A stretch of DNA of 59,360 bases, taken from the NCBI GenBank assembly GCA_964421445.1, contig CAYQXL010000011.1, positions 1 to 59,360 on the forward strand, written 5' to 3'. Positions 26,249-37,106 of the stretch are shown here, in pieces; positions within the stretch are counted from its first letter, which is position 1, and every line of letters starts with the position of its first letter. Under the pieces are notes generated by a model, which was not told the origin of the DNA, did no database searches, and saw nothing but the letters and a program-made list of their open reading frames with translations. The translations under genes and the position numbers were made by a program. The stretch is from an uncultured Pseudomonadota bacterium (GTDB taxonomy: Bacteria > Desulfobacterota > Syntrophorhabdia > Syntrophorhabdales > CAYQXL01).

Positions 26249-27157
26249 TTACTCTCCTTTCGAAAGGGTTGATCCCTTCAGGTTTTTTACTTCCTGTTCA
26301 AGCTCTGCCATAAGCCCTTCTATGTTTCTTCTGAAGGTGCCCCAGAGAACATTATCGAGGGTGAGAAAATAGGCCTTCTTCGCAAAGGCGTGGGCTCTGG
26401 TGGGCCTGTTCTTGTAGAAATAGTGATATGCCGATGAATAATAGTAAAAGAAGAGCGCTTCGTCATCGGATCTGTCTTTCATCCACACTTTCTTGAAAAG
26501 GAGCCGGGCTTTTTCGTAATACTCGCTGGACAGATAGCTCTCCGCAGCCCTCTGAATCAGCCTCGGCCTTCCTCCGTGAAAAAGATCGTCAAGAAGATTG
26601 TCCAGGCCTTTCCGTCCAAATACCCTCACACAGAGCTTCTCGTTCTCATAGAGGAATCGCGGCAAAAGATAGTTGTCCTGATAGAGCCGCATGAGGTCCT
26701 TCAACTGGACGAGAAGCTGTTTTGAGAGCACCATGATCTCCCTCAGCCCTTCCTGAAGTTTTCTCTCCGCTTTTCTCAGAAGGGTGCCCATCTCCCGGAC
26801 GATCCGGGTGTCCTGCTCCGTCAGTTCCTCCAGGGCTACATCGCTCCGGGGACGGTAGTATTCGAGCTGATAGAGGTTTTCCCTGAGCTTCATCGCTTCA
26901 TGGAACGTGTATCCTACGGTGATATCGTAAAGCTTTTCCTTGTACGTAGCATAGTTTGAATTTCTGAAAAGATCGTGACACATCTCCTTCAGGCGAAAAA
27001 GACAACTCCTTCCCCGGTCGTCGATAAACTCTTCAATGATCGAAAAACAGAGTTCCCCTTTTTTGTGAAGATCAAGACAGTGAAGACACTGGATCTCCAC
27101 ACAGATCGACTCACTGATCAGATCGATCTGCTTCTTCGCCCGCTGCTTCTGTTCCAT
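26249..27157 (-). CDS. Hypothetical all-helical protein with TPR-like C-terminus
   Basis: 302-aa ORF packed between ftsH and the FmdB gene. Contains YDITVGYTFHEAMKLRENLY and TPR-like AESYL..EYYEKA. Confidence 0.75.
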   Translation of the reverse strand: MEQKQRAKKQIDLISESICVEIQCLHCLDLHKKGELCFSIIEEFIDDRGRSCLFRLKEMCHDLFRNSNYATYKEKLYDITVGYTFHEAMKLRENLYQLEYYRPRSDVALEELTEQDTRIVREMGTLLRKAERKLQEGLREIMVLSKQLLVQLKDLMRLYQDNYLLPRFLYENEKLCVRVFGRKGLDNLLDDLFHGGRPRLIQRAAESYLSSEYYEKARLLFKKVWMKDRSDDEALFFYYYSSAYHYFYKNRPTRAHAFAKKAYFLTLDNVLWGTFRRNIEGLMAELEQEVKNLKGSTLSKGE

Positions 27158-29042
27158 GAGATTCGCCCGCCTCCTTTATAAGTTTTCGCAATTCTTCACC
27201 TTCTATGGTCTCTTTTTCGAGCAGCAGCCGGGCCAGCCTGTCAAGAACAGCCCGTTGTTCATTCAGGGTTTGCCTGACTGTATTATGGCTCGCATCGATG
27301 ATGTTCTTCACTTCCCGGTCGATTTCACGGGCCGTCTCCTCGCTGTAATCCTTCCCTCCCGACCCCATGCCTACGTCGAGAAAGAGGGGTTTTCTCTCTT
27401 TCTCGAAGGTAACATATCCGAGCGTAGGGCTCATACCGTATTCCTTGACCATCGATTTGGCAATATCTGTCGCACGGCCAAGATCATTGTGCGCACCGGT
27501 CGATGCCTCGCCGAAGACGATCTCCTCTGCAACCCTGCCACCGAGCAGAACACAGAGCTTATCCCGGAGTTCCCTCTCGGTCATCAGATACCGGTCTTCG
27601 GTGGGGAGTTGTAACGTATAGCCCAGAGCAGCAATACCTCTCGGAATAATTGATATTTTGTGGACAGGATCGGTGTTTTCAAGCAACTCGGCCATAAGAG
27701 CATGTCCGCTTTCATGGTAGGCGACAATCTCCTTTTCCTTTTTGCTCATTACCCTCTGGCGCTTTTCGAGACCTGCCACAACCCTGTCAATGGCCTCCTC
27801 AAACTGTTCCATACCTGCCGTCGACCTCCCCTTACGCGCTGCAAGGAGGGCAGCCTCATTGACAAGGTTCGCAAGATCCGCTCCCACAAACCCCGGGGTC
27901 CTGGCGGCTACGATCTTGAGATCAACGTCCTTTGCTGTTTTGATGTTTTTGGCATGGACTTTCAGGATCTCTTCCCGTCCTTTTATGTCAGGTCGGTCCA
28001 CGAGTATGTGGCGATCAAACCGTCCCGGCCTCAGGAGCGCAGGATCGAGGATCTCAGGCCGGTTCGTCGCTGCCATGATAATCACACCGGCCTTCGTTTC
28101 AAAACCATCCATCTCGGCAAGGAGCTGGTTGAGCGTCTGTTCCCTTTCGTCGTGCGATGACAGGGGGTTCATCCCCCTGGCCTTTCCGAGAGCATCGAGT
28201 TCATCGATAAAAATAATACAGGGAGCCTTCTCCTGGGCCTGGGCGAAGAGGTCCCGCACCCGGGACGCACCGACACCGACAAACATCTCTACAAAGTCCG
28301 AACCGCTCATGCTGAAGAACGGCGCCTTCGCTTCACCGGCAACAGCTTTGGCAAGGAGTGTCTTTCCCGTTCCCGGAGGGCCGACGAGGAGAATGCCCTT
28401 CGGTATCTTTCCTCCGATCCCGAGATACTTCTCCGGCGTTCTCAGATAATCGATGATCTCCTTCAGTTCCTCTTTTGCCTCATCGACTCCGGCCACATCT
28501 TCAAAGGTGATTTTGATTTCGTCTTCGCCATAGATTCTTCCTTTACTCTTTCCAAAGTTGAGAACACCCGACGGCGCACCGCCCATCTTACGCATGAGGA
28601 GGTTCCATATGAGGATCATGAGGGCAAAAGGGAGAATCCAGGAAAGAATCATATTGAGGAACTTGTTCTCGTATTGTCCAGAAAATTTGACATTGTTTTT
28701 CTGGAGATCTTTCACGAGGTCCGGATCGTCGACCCTCGTGGTCATGAAACGGACCTTTTTCCCATCGTCATGGGTAAGGTTGCCCTGGACGGACTCGGCG
28801 CTGATAACAAGATCGGCCACCTTGCCCTTGGCCACAGACTCTTTGAATTCACTGTACGAAATCGTCTTCACATCGGACCGGAAGAAAAAACTGTTGATGG
28901 CGATAATGGCAATGAATGCCAGGATGAAATAGATGAAGCTAAAGCCCCTGGCCTTTTTCTGCTTTGTTCCGTTCCGCTCTTTCAGCTCGAGGAACACATT
29001 GCCTAACTTCTTCTCTTTCTTGGGAGATTTCTTTGGTGGCAT
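27111..29042 (-). CDS. ftsH: ATP-dependent zinc metalloprotease FtsH
   Basis: Two TM helices, Walker A GPPGTGKT, Walker [32 protein letters not shown] and HESGH zinc motif. Start placed after SD AGGAG. Confidence 0.97.
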   Translation of the reverse strand: MPPKKSPKKEKKLGNVFLELKERNGTKQKKARGFSFIYFILAFIAIIAINSFFFRSDVKTISYSEFKESVAKGKVADLVISAESVQGNLTHDDGKKVRFMTTRVDDPDLVKDLQKNNVKFSGQYENKFLNMILSWILPFALMILIWNLLMRKMGGAPSGVLNFGKSKGRIYGEDEIKITFEDVAGVDEAKEELKEIIDYLRTPEKYLGIGGKIPKGILLVGPPGTGKTLLAKAVAGEAKAPFFSMSGSDFVEMFVGVGASRVRDLFAQAQEKAPCIIFIDELDALGKARGMNPLSSHDEREQTLNQLLAEMDGFETKAGVIIMAATNRPEILDPALLRPGRFDRHILVDRPDIKGREEILKVHAKNIKTAKDVDLKIVAARTPGFVGADLANLVNEAALLAARKGRSTAGMEQFEEAIDRVVAGLEKRQRVMSKKEKEIVAYHESGHALMAELLENTDPVHKISIIPRGIAALGYTLQLPTEDRYLMTERELRDKLCVLLGGRVAEEIVFGEASTGAHNDLGRATDIAKSMVKEYGMSPTLGYVTFEKERKPLFLDVGMGSGGKDYSEETAREIDREVKNIIDASHNTVRQTLNEQRAVLDRLARLLLEKETIEGEELRKLIKEAGESHGTEAAGEEADRSDQ

Positions 29043-29116
29043 CGTTTTTCTCCTGATAACCCTTCCCTGTTCCCACATCCATCCCAAAGGCGGACGTGCG
29101 GGGCGAACCTTTCGTT

Positions 29117-29145
29117 AATATACGTTCGCCGTACAACAATCTCAA
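29117..29145 (-). promoter_or_regulatory. Putative sigma70 promoter of ftsH
   Basis: TTGAGA-17 nt-TATATT. Confidence 0.5.
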
Positions 29146-29208
29146 GGTATACCGGGGCTAACCCCTCCCTTTTTCAGACCACAGTGTCTGAGCCCCCCTG
29201 CAGGAGGT

Positions 29209-30831
29209 TCACAGTTCGATAACAGCAGCCTCAATCATCCCGTTGATGTCCCTTATCTCGTCGATCACAGCCCGGCCGATCGGATTGTCCACTGCCACAA
29301 AGGCGATCTCGTCTCCCCCTGCGCCCCGGGAGAGTCCGATTCCCGCAATATTGATGTTGTGGCTACCAAGGATTGTGGCAACCCGTCCTATAACACCAGG
29401 TCTGTCGTATATCCTGAAGTGGAGAAAGGTCCCTTCGGGAATGATGTCGAGATGAAATCCATCAATGAGGACAATCCGGCCCAGCTTATCGGGAAAAACT
29501 GTTCCTGCGACGCTCGTCTCCCCTTTGTCCGTTTTTACGACGAACTGAACGAGGTCGTTGAACTTGTCATGCTGGTCCGTTTTCGTCTCTTCGACAGAGA
29601 TATGACTGTCCTTTGCAATATAGGGCGCATTGATGTACGTCACCGTCTCCCGGAGACTCTGATCGAGAAAACCCTTGATCCCCGCTATGGTGAAAGGCTG
29701 ATAACTGAAGGGAACATCGAATTTCCGCTCGCAAAGATCTTCCTCAAAGTTCTTTCCGACCATGACAACCCTGATCTTTTCCGGTCGTCCCTGAATAAGC
29801 TGGGCGGCCAACCTTCCCATCTTTTCGACAAGATTGAAGTAGAGTTGCATATTCTCAGGAAGCTGGGATTTCATGAAGGGAATATTGACGGCGTTGAGAT
29901 ACTGCTTCCCCCGGAGAGCGTTTATGACCTGTTCGGCAATGATAACGGCAACAGCCTTTTGTCCCTCATTCGTATTCGCCCCGATATGGGGAGTGGCAAA
30001 AACGTTTTCCAGTTCCAGAAGACGGGCGCTCTGGGGCGGCTCCTTCTCGAAGACATCGACACCGGCAGCGTAGACCTTCCCTGATTTGAGTCCTTTATAG
30101 AGGTCATCTTCGTTTACGATACCACCGCGGGCACAGTTTACGAATATGACACCATCCTTCATGAGGGCGATCTCTCTGGACGTGATCATATTCTTTGTTG
30201 CGGCGGTCAGAGGTGTATGGAACGTTATGACGTCAACCTCTTTCAAGAGGTCTTCGAGCCGGTCGATAAGAATAACACCGAGGGGATCAGCCTTCGACTT
30301 TTTGATGAACGGATCGTAGGCGACGACCTTCATACCGAAACTCTTGGCCCTGATGGCGACGTTGCTCCCGATGCGGCCGAGACCGACAATCCCGAGGGTC
30401 TTGTTGTAGAGTTCAACACCCATGAACCGTTTTCTGTCCCATTTTCCCGATTTCAGTGAGTCGTTGGCCAGAGGGATCTTCCTCGCCGCAGCGAGCATGA
30501 TCCCCATCGTCAGCTCGGTGGCAGCAAGGGTATTTCCCGTCGGGGCATTGATGACAACAATACCCTTTTTACTCGCCGCTTCGATATTAATGTTGTCGAC
30601 ACCGACTCCGGCCCTGCCGATGATACGGAGTTTCCCGGGATTCTCGAGAAGATTTGCAGGTATCGGTGTTCCGCTCCGCGATATGATGGCATCGTATTCG
30701 CCGATGATCGTCTTCAGTTCTTCGCCCTTTATTCCCGGACGGATATCGAGGTCGATGTCGCCCGCCTTTTCCAGTATAGCCACACCTTCTTTTGCAACGT
30801 TGTCAGTTACGAGAACCTTATATCGAGTCAT
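29209..30831 (-). CDS. serA: D-3-phosphoglycerate dehydrogenase (type I, with ASB and ACT domains)
   Basis: GRAGVGVDNI, NKTLGIVGLGRIG, NCARGG, TPHIGA and C-terminal ACT DRPGVIGRV. Confidence 0.95.
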   Translation of the reverse strand: MTRYKVLVTDNVAKEGVAILEKAGDIDLDIRPGIKGEELKTIIGEYDAIISRSGTPIPANLLENPGKLRIIGRAGVGVDNINIEAASKKGIVVINAPTGNTLAATELTMGIMLAAARKIPLANDSLKSGKWDRKRFMGVELYNKTLGIVGLGRIGSNVAIRAKSFGMKVVAYDPFIKKSKADPLGVILIDRLEDLLKEVDVITFHTPLTAATKNMITSREIALMKDGVIFVNCARGGIVNEDDLYKGLKSGKVYAAGVDVFEKEPPQSARLLELENVFATPHIGANTNEGQKAVAVIIAEQVINALRGKQYLNAVNIPFMKSQLPENMQLYFNLVEKMGRLAAQLIQGRPEKIRVVMVGKNFEEDLCERKFDVPFSYQPFTIAGIKGFLDQSLRETVTYINAPYIAKDSHISVEETKTDQHDKFNDLVQFVVKTDKGETSVAGTVFPDKLGRIVLIDGFHLDIIPEGTFLHFRIYDRPGVIGRVATILGSHNINIAGIGLSRGAGGDEIAFVAVDNPIGRAVIDEIRDINGMIEAAVIEL

Positions 30832-30912
30832 TTCGTCTCCCTTCTGTTCCGTCAGCACGATTCATGATGGCCGGAGCGTACACATGAAGACCCCAGGCCC
30901 TGCAGCGTCTAC

Positions 30913-30941
30913 AGATTACCACGCAACCTCTTGAAAATCAA
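30913..30941 (-). promoter_or_regulatory. Putative sigma70 promoter of serA
   Basis: TTGATT-17 nt-TAATCT, with an extended TG. Confidence 0.55.
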
Positions 30942-31096
30942 AGTTTCCCCCATCCTGAAGAGGGTAAAAACGTCTCACAGCGCCCGGCGCCACCCTTATC
31001 TTCCCCCTGCCGCTCCCGTCGCCTCTTTTCGCTGCCAACTCTGTCAACAGAATGGCCCTGTTTGTCCGCACCCGGGCCCGGCGAGGCAAAATTTCC

Positions 31097-31125
31097 TTGA
31101 CTTTCAGGGCCTAATAGATTAATTT
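31097..31125 (+). promoter_or_regulatory. Putative sigma70 promoter of rplM-rpsI-argC
   Basis: TTGACT-17 nt-TAATTT. Confidence 0.65.
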
Positions 31126-31152
31126 ACGACACAATTTCGAAAGGTGTGGACT

Positions 31153-31578
31153 ATGAAAACGTTTGTACCAACAAAAGAAGGTGTGGAAAAGAGTTGGTAT
31201 GTTATTGATGCCGACGGGATGGTTCTGGGAAGACTCGCCGCGCGTGTTGCAGCAATGCTCCGCGGAAAGCACAAACCGACGTTTACTACGTATACAGACG
31301 TAGGAGACTTCATTGTTGTGGTCAACGCAGAAAAAGTAAAGCTTACGGGCAACAAACTGCTTCAGAAGACGTACGAACGGCACACGGGGTATCCCGGTGG
31401 GCTAAAAGTACTGACGGCAAAGGCGCTCCTCGAGAAGAAACCTGAAGAACTGGTCATCCAGGCGGTGCGGGGCATGTTGCCGAAGAATAGTCTTGGCAGA
31501 CAGACGCTCACCAAACTGAAAGTGTACAAGGGCCCGCAGCATCCCCATTCGGCCCAGAAACCTCAGGAATTGAAATAA
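31153..31578 (+). CDS. rplM: 50S ribosomal protein L13
   Basis: WYVIDA..LGRLA...LRGKHKP, HTGYPGGLK and GMLPKN.LG. Confidence 0.98.
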   Translation: MKTFVPTKEGVEKSWYVIDADGMVLGRLAARVAAMLRGKHKPTFTTYTDVGDFIVVVNAEKVKLTGNKLLQKTYERHTGYPGGLKVLTAKALLEKKPEELVIQAVRGMLPKNSLGRQTLTKLKVYKGPQHPHSAQKPQELK

Positions 31579-31590
31579 GGAGGAGAGAAA

Positions 31591-31983
31591 TTGCCGGAGA
31601 GAAGGTACTACGCCACAGGGAAGCGTAAAACTGCGGTAGCAAGGGTTTGGATTAAACAGGGCGATGGGGCTTACGTCATCAACGGTCGTACATTGGATGA
31701 CTATTTTCCCGCTGAAGAGCTGAGGCTCATGGTGGACAAACCTTTCATGCTGACCGGCAATTCAGGCAAGTTCGACGTTCTCGTCAACGTGTATGGCGGC
31801 GGTGTTCCTGCCCAGGCATGGGCAGTGGGTCACGGTATAGCCAAAGCGCTCCTCGAATACAACGCCAACCTCAGGAGCACACTGAAGAAGCAGGGCCTTA
31901 TCCGGAGGGATCCGAGGGCCAAAGAACGAAAAAAATACGGGAAAAAGGCTGCTCGCGCCAGTTTCCAGTTCTCAAAGAGATAA
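31591..31983 (+). CDS. rpsI: 30S ribosomal protein S9 (TTG start)
   Basis: [13 protein letters not shown] and [12 protein letters not shown]...QFSKR. Confidence 0.97.
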   Translation: MPERRYYATGKRKTAVARVWIKQGDGAYVINGRTLDDYFPAEELRLMVDKPFMLTGNSGKFDVLVNVYGGGVPAQAWAVGHGIAKALLEYNANLRSTLKKQGLIRRDPRAKERKKYGKKAARASFQFSKR

Positions 31984-31990
31984 TTCGTCC

Positions 31991-33013
31991 ATGTTTCGCG
32001 CGGGAATCATCGGGGCCACGGGGTATACGGGCCTCGTTCTCGTTTCTACCCTTATCGGGCATCCTCATGTCACGGTTACCCTCGTTACGTCGAACACGTA
32101 CCGGGGCACCAGGCTCTCCACCGTCTTTCCGTCACTCAAGGGAAGATTTGACAATGAACTGGTCGGGACGGACACGGACTACAGGGGAGCCTGTGATGTC
32201 TATTTCCTCTGCCTTCCTCACGGAACATCGATGGACAAAGCCCGGGAACTCTATGACGGAAAGGCAATTATCGTCGATCTCAGCGCCGATTTCAGGTTTG
32301 AGGAGACGGCCATCTACGAGAAAGCCTACATCCCTCACAGGGCACCGGAACTGATACCTCGTTCAGTCTACGGGCTCCCTGAACTGTACAAGACAAAAAT
32401 AGCATCGACAAAGCTGATCGGCAATCCTGGCTGCTATCCCACATCGGCCATTCTCGGCATGTATCCTCTCATCCGGAATGGATGGATGGAAGGTGACATA
32501 TTCATCGACTCGAAGTCAGGAGTGAGCGGAGCCGGGAGAGAAGCAAAAGTGGGCAGTCTCTTCTGTGAAGTTTCCGAAGGCTTCAGGCCCTACAATATCG
32601 GCGTTCACCGCCACGAGCCGGAGATCCAGAAAGAGGTCCGCAAGCGCTCCCCGAACCGCATCACCTTCGTTCCCCACCTTCTGCCCATCAACAGAGGCAT
32701 TCTGACAACAATATACGGAAAGCTTCAGGCTGGCCGGACAACAGGGGAGCTTATCGAGCTTTACCGCTCGGTATATAATGATGAACCCTTCGTCAGGATA
32801 TGCGACGAAGGTGTCTATCCCGACACACGGTTCACCCGCTTTTCGAATTACTGCGACATCGGACTCAAGGCGTTTGACGACGGCAGGGTGGTCATTGTGT
32901 CGGCCATCGACAATCTGGTTAAGGGGGCTTCAGGACAGGCCATTCAGAATATGAACATCGCCCTCGGCCTCGGAGAGACTGAAGCACTCACACATGTACC
33001 GGCATTCCCCTAA
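31991..33013 (+). CDS. argC: N-acetyl-gamma-glutamyl-phosphate reductase
   Basis: GATGYTG, DLSADFR, NPGCYPTS, SGVSGAGR and DNLVKGASGQA. Confidence 0.97.
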   Translation: MFRAGIIGATGYTGLVLVSTLIGHPHVTVTLVTSNTYRGTRLSTVFPSLKGRFDNELVGTDTDYRGACDVYFLCLPHGTSMDKARELYDGKAIIVDLSADFRFEETAIYEKAYIPHRAPELIPRSVYGLPELYKTKIASTKLIGNPGCYPTSAILGMYPLIRNGWMEGDIFIDSKSGVSGAGREAKVGSLFCEVSEGFRPYNIGVHRHEPEIQKEVRKRSPNRITFVPHLLPINRGILTTIYGKLQAGRTTGELIELYRSVYNDEPFVRICDEGVYPDTRFTRFSNYCDIGLKAFDDGRVVIVSAIDNLVKGASGQAIQNMNIALGLGETEALTHVPAFP

Positions 33014-33088
33014 CAGGCGAAACCTGGCTTTTCCCGTCAGATCATTTCACCGCCCTTTCCCCGGAGGCCCCGAGGCGATGGTTTGCCG

Positions 33089-33117
33089 TTGACTAATGGG
33101 CCTTTATCGATTAATCT
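33089..33117 (+). promoter_or_regulatory. Putative sigma70 promoter of the ffh operon (leaderless geometry)
   Basis: TTGACT-17 nt-TAATCT, 6 nt before the ATG, with no SD. Confidence 0.65.
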
Positions 33118-33123
33118 TATAGA

Positions 33124-34455
33124 ATGTTCGAACGGTTACAGGAACGCTTAGAGACGACGTTTAAGAAACTGAAGGGATACGGCAAGCTCTCGGAGGCCAA
33201 CATTAAAGAGGCGCTGAGAGAAGTCAGGGTAGCCCTTCTCGAAGCGGACGTCAATTTTAAAATAGCCAAAGACTTCCTGGAAAAGGTCAAAGAGAAGGTG
33301 TTGGGGGAAGAGGTTCTCTCGAGCATCACCCCAGGCCAGCAATTTACCAAGGTCATCTATGATGAACTCTGCCTGCTTCTGGGAAAGACCGACAAACCCC
33401 TCGATATCGCAGGGCCACCACCGGTGACCGTCATGCTCGTCGGTCTTCAGGGTTCAGGAAAAACAACGACGGCAGGAAAGCTCGCACTCTACCTCAGAAA
33501 GAAAGGGCGCCGTCCCCTCCTCGTTCCCTCTGACGTCTACCGCCCGGCAGCCATCGATCAGCTCACCAAACTGGGGGCTCAGATCAATGTTGCCGTCTTT
33601 CCGTCCCAGGGTATAAAAGATCCCGTCGCCATATGTGTCGAGGCAAAAACGTATGCCATGCGGAACAACCTTGACACCCTGATCGTTGATACGGCCGGCC
33701 GGCTCCACATCAACGACGAGATGATGGACGAACTGTCACGGCAGAAGACCTTCCTCTCGCCCCGGGAGACCCTCCTCGTGCTCGACGCCATGACAGGACA
33801 GGATGCCGTGGGTATAGCCACAGCATTCAATGAGAAGCTCGCTATCGACGGCGTGATCCTCACCAAACTCGACGGCGACACACGGGGCGGAGCAGCGATA
33901 TCCATCCGTGCCGTAACCGGCAAACCGATAAAACTCATCGGCATGGGCGAAAAGCTCGATGCTCTGGAGGCCTTTCATCCCGAAAGAATGGCATCGAGGA
34001 TCCTCGGTATGGGCGATATCGTCTCCCTCGTGGAGAAAGCCCAGGGTGTCTTCGATGAAAAGCAGGCCAAGGACCTCGAACGGAAGCTCAAGAAGGATGA
34101 GTTTACCCTCGAAGACTTCCGGGACCAGATACGGCAGATGAAAAAGATGGGCTCCCTTGAGTCGATCATCGGTCTTATCCCCGGTTTCAGCAAATTGAAA
34201 GGGGCCATCAACTTCTCCGAAGCGGAAGACGATCTCAAAAAGACCGAAGCCATTATCAACTCCATGACCCAGAAGGAACGGCGAAGCCCTCAGGTCATTG
34301 ACGGAAGCAGGCGGCTCAGGATAGCAAAAGGAAGCGGAACACAGGTTTACGATGTGAACGACCTTTTGAAAAAATATAGTGAAACCCGGAAAATGATCAA
34401 GAAACTCTCAAAGGGAGGGTTCAAGGGTCTTCCGAAACAATTTACACTACGTTAA
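33124..34455 (+). CDS. ffh: Signal recognition particle protein
   Basis: LLEADV, GLQGSGKTTT, DTAGR, TKLDGD and M-domain FTLEDF...IINSMT. Confidence 0.98.
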   Translation: MFERLQERLETTFKKLKGYGKLSEANIKEALREVRVALLEADVNFKIAKDFLEKVKEKVLGEEVLSSITPGQQFTKVIYDELCLLLGKTDKPLDIAGPPPVTVMLVGLQGSGKTTTAGKLALYLRKKGRRPLLVPSDVYRPAAIDQLTKLGAQINVAVFPSQGIKDPVAICVEAKTYAMRNNLDTLIVDTAGRLHINDEMMDELSRQKTFLSPRETLLVLDAMTGQDAVGIATAFNEKLAIDGVILTKLDGDTRGGAAISIRAVTGKPIKLIGMGEKLDALEAFHPERMASRILGMGDIVSLVEKAQGVFDEKQAKDLERKLKKDEFTLEDFRDQIRQMKKMGSLESIIGLIPGFSKLKGAINFSEAEDDLKKTEAIINSMTQKERRSPQVIDGSRRLRIAKGSGTQVYDVNDLLKKYSETRKMIKKLSKGGFKGLPKQFTLR

Positions 34456-34467
34456 GGAGGTGGAATT

Positions 34468-34725
34468 TTGGCACTCAAGTTCAGATTATCGCGGTATGGA
34501 GCGAAGAAGAAACCGTATTACAGAATAGTCGTCGCAGACAGCAGGTTTCCGAGAGACGGCAGGGTAGTGGAAAATGTCGGGTCCTATGATCCTCTGCAGA
34601 ACCCCGCCCGTGTGACCCTTGACAGGGACAAGATACATGCATGGTATGAAAAGGGGGCTACACCCACAAAAACGGTACTGGACATCTTTAAGAGAGAGGG
34701 TATATTCAAGAATATTCCCGAATAA
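34468..34725 (+). CDS. rpsP: 30S ribosomal protein S16 (TTG start)
   Basis: RLSRYGAKKKPYYRIVVADSRFPRDG. Confidence 0.97.
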   Translation: MALKFRLSRYGAKKKPYYRIVVADSRFPRDGRVVENVGSYDPLQNPARVTLDRDKIHAWYEKGATPTKTVLDIFKREGIFKNIPE

Positions 34726-34743
34726 CCTATCGGAGGTGGAATC

Positions 34744-34977
34744 GTGTTGAAAGAGCTGATCGAGTTCATAGCGAAGGCGTTGGTCGATAACCCTGACCAG
34801 GTGAAAGTAACCGAAATTGAAGGTGAAAAAACCTCGGTCATCGAGCTGAACGTGGCAAAAGACGATTTGGGCAAGGTTATCGGCAAACAGGGCAGAACAG
34901 CCCGGGCCATGAGAACAATTTTGAGCGCCGCTTCCACCAAAGTGAAAAAGAGGGCAGTCCTTGAAATCATCGAATGA
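34744..34977 (+). CDS. khpA: KH-domain RNA-binding protein (KhpA/UPF0109)
   Basis: [18 protein letters not shown]. Standard position between rpsP and rimM. Confidence 0.93.
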   Translation: MLKELIEFIAKALVDNPDQVKVTEIEGEKTSVIELNVAKDDLGKVIGKQGRTARAMRTILSAASTKVKKRAVLEIIE

Positions 34978-35474
34978 TGGACATCATCCCCATCGGAAAG
35001 ATTGTATCAACCCACGGCTTACGTGGTGAAGTAAAGTTCAGGTATTACAATGAGGTGCAGGAAGATTTTCTCTCCTACACCTCATTTTTTACGACCGCAG
35101 GTGGCATCCCGGAGATTCGGCCTCAGCGCGTCAGGTGGCAGAAGGGGTTCTTCTACATCGTTTTCGAGGGCATCGAGACCATCGACGATGCCGGGCCCCT
35201 GATCGGAAAAGAACTCTTCGTAAAAACCGGTTCCCTCCCCCCTGTTGAAGAGGGAACATATTACGATTTTCAGCTCATGGGACTGGCGGTCGTCAGCCAT
35301 CGAGGCGAAGCGGCGGGGACTGTGACAGAGATTGTTCACCAGCCGGGAAGTGATATCCTCGTCGTCGACCACAACGGGGAAGAGATCTTCGTACCCATGA
35401 CAGACCGGTTCATACGGTCGATAGACCGGGAACAGTCTCGTATTGTCCTTACGGAGGACGTTGTCATATCATGA
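34974..35474 (+). CDS. rimM: Ribosome maturation factor RimM
   Basis: [14 protein letters not shown] and YYDFQLMG, plus synteny. Confidence 0.92.
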   Translation: MMDIIPIGKIVSTHGLRGEVKFRYYNEVQEDFLSYTSFFTTAGGIPEIRPQRVRWQKGFFYIVFEGIETIDDAGPLIGKELFVKTGSLPPVEEGTYYDFQLMGLAVVSHRGEAAGTVTEIVHQPGSDILVVDHNGEEIFVPMTDRFIRSIDREQSRIVLTEDVVIS

Positions 35475-36205
35475 TTTTTACGGTCCTTACCCTCTTCCCG
35501 GCAATTTTCGACTCCCCTGTAAGGGAAAGCCTTTTGGGGAAGGCCGTGGACAGAGGGATCATCCAGATTACAACGATCAACATCAGGGACTTTGCCACTG
35601 ACATCCATAAAACATGTGATGACGCCCCCTACGGCGGCGGTCCGGGCATGGTTATGAAGATCGAGCCCGTCTGCAATGCCCTCAGACATGTTGAGCAGAC
35701 GTCCGGCCCCGTCAAGTCAATTCTCCTCACCCCTCAGGGACGGGTTTTCGATCAGGAGACGGCTGTGCGGTTCTCCCGGCTCTCCCACATCTGTCTCCTC
35801 TGCGGACGGTACGAAGGAATCGACGAGAGGGTCCTCCAGTATGTCGATGAAGAGATATCGGTCGGTGACTTTGTTCTCTCGGGAGGAGAGATCCCTGCCC
35901 TTGTTCTGATCGACGCCGTCACCCGCCTCATCCCCGGTTTCATGGGCAATGACCAGTCGGTGCACGAGGAGAGCCTCTCCGAACACCTCCTCGAATACCC
36001 TCAGTATACCCGCCCTCCCGTCTTTGAGGATATGGGCGTGCCGCCGGTGCTCCTCTCGGGAAACCACGAAGAGATCCGCCGGTGGAGAAGAAAGGAATCG
36101 CTCCGGAAAACAATGCTCAAAAGACCAGATCTGATGGAACGGTTTACACCGTCCCGGGAAGACGAAAAGCTTCTGAAAGAGATCCTCAATGACTTCCCGG
36201 AATAA
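35471..36205 (+). CDS. trmD: tRNA (guanine37-N1)-methyltransferase
   Basis: DDAPYGGGPGMVM, CGRYEGIDER, SVGDFVLSGGE and EYPQYTRP. Confidence 0.98.
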   Translation: MIFTVLTLFPAIFDSPVRESLLGKAVDRGIIQITTINIRDFATDIHKTCDDAPYGGGPGMVMKIEPVCNALRHVEQTSGPVKSILLTPQGRVFDQETAVRFSRLSHICLLCGRYEGIDERVLQYVDEEISVGDFVLSGGEIPALVLIDAVTRLIPGFMGNDQSVHEESLSEHLLEYPQYTRPPVFEDMGVPPVLLSGNHEEIRRWRRKESLRKTMLKRPDLMERFTPSREDEKLLKEILNDFPE

Positions 36206-36749
36206 AATAAGCCTCGCCGTCATCCATTACCCCGTCTACGACAAGAACCGGGAGATTGTGGCCACGAGCGTCACAAACGTCGCTATCCATGATATTGCAA
36301 GAACATGCATGACTTTCGGAATAGAAATATGCTATATTGTGACGCCTCTTCCAAAGCAGAGGGATATCGTAGGCCGCCTCATCGATCACTGGACATCGGG
36401 ATACGGGGCACGATACAACCCGGATCGTGGTCGTGCGCTCAACAAGGTCCAGGTTGTCGATACGGTGGAACGGATGCTGGAAGAGCACGGCGACGAGGAA
36501 CCCTTGCTCATAGGGACCTCTTCCCGGGAAAGAAAAGAAAAGACAGTCGGTTACCGTGAATTACAGGCGATGATCCGATCGGGCACCAGGCCGATCATCC
36601 TTGTCTTCGGAACGGGCTGGGGGCTTACGGATGATGTGGTTGAGAAGTGCCACAGAATGCTGGCCCCTATAAAGGGCGATGCCGAATATAACCACCTCTC
36701 CCTGAGGGTGGCCCTGGGCATTACGCTCGACAGAATTTTTGGTCAGTGA
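36189..36749 (+). CDS. SPOUT-type SAM-dependent RNA methyltransferase (stand-alone family often adjacent or fused to TrmD)
   Basis: HYPVYDKN..ATSVTN..IHDIAR, FGTGWGL and YNHLSLR. Confidence 0.8.
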   Translation: MTSRNKISLAVIHYPVYDKNREIVATSVTNVAIHDIARTCMTFGIEICYIVTPLPKQRDIVGRLIDHWTSGYGARYNPDRGRALNKVQVVDTVERMLEEHGDEEPLLIGTSSRERKEKTVGYRELQAMIRSGTRPIILVFGTGWGLTDDVVEKCHRMLAPIKGDAEYNHLSLRVALGITLDRIFGQ

Positions 36750-36758
36750 GGAGGAGAG

Positions 36759-37106
36759 ATGAACGAGATCATTGATTTACTTGAAAAGGAAAATATGCGG
36801 CTCGATCTGCCCGGGATCGATATCGGAGACAACGTAAAAGTCCACACGAAGATTTACGAAGGTGACAAGGAAAGGATCCAGGTTTTCGAAGGTGTCGTCA
36901 TCAGAAAACGGGGCGGCAACACACGGGCAACCTTCACGGTCCGGAAGATCTCCTATGGCATCGGCGTGGAGAAGACCTTTCCCCTTCATTCGCCCTTGAT
37001 TGAAAAGATCGACGTGGTTACGAAGAGCAAGGTGAGAAGAGCCAAACTCTACTACCTCAGAAACCTCAGGGGCAAGGCTGCGAAGCTGAAAGAAAAGCGG
37101 GATTGA
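36759..37106 (+). CDS. rplS: 50S ribosomal protein L19
   Basis: [27 protein letters not shown] and [10 protein letters not shown]. Confidence 0.98.
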   Translation: MNEIIDLLEKENMRLDLPGIDIGDNVKVHTKIYEGDKERIQVFEGVVIRKRGGNTRATFTVRKISYGIGVEKTFPLHSPLIEKIDVVTKSKVRRAKLYYLRNLRGKAAKLKEKRD

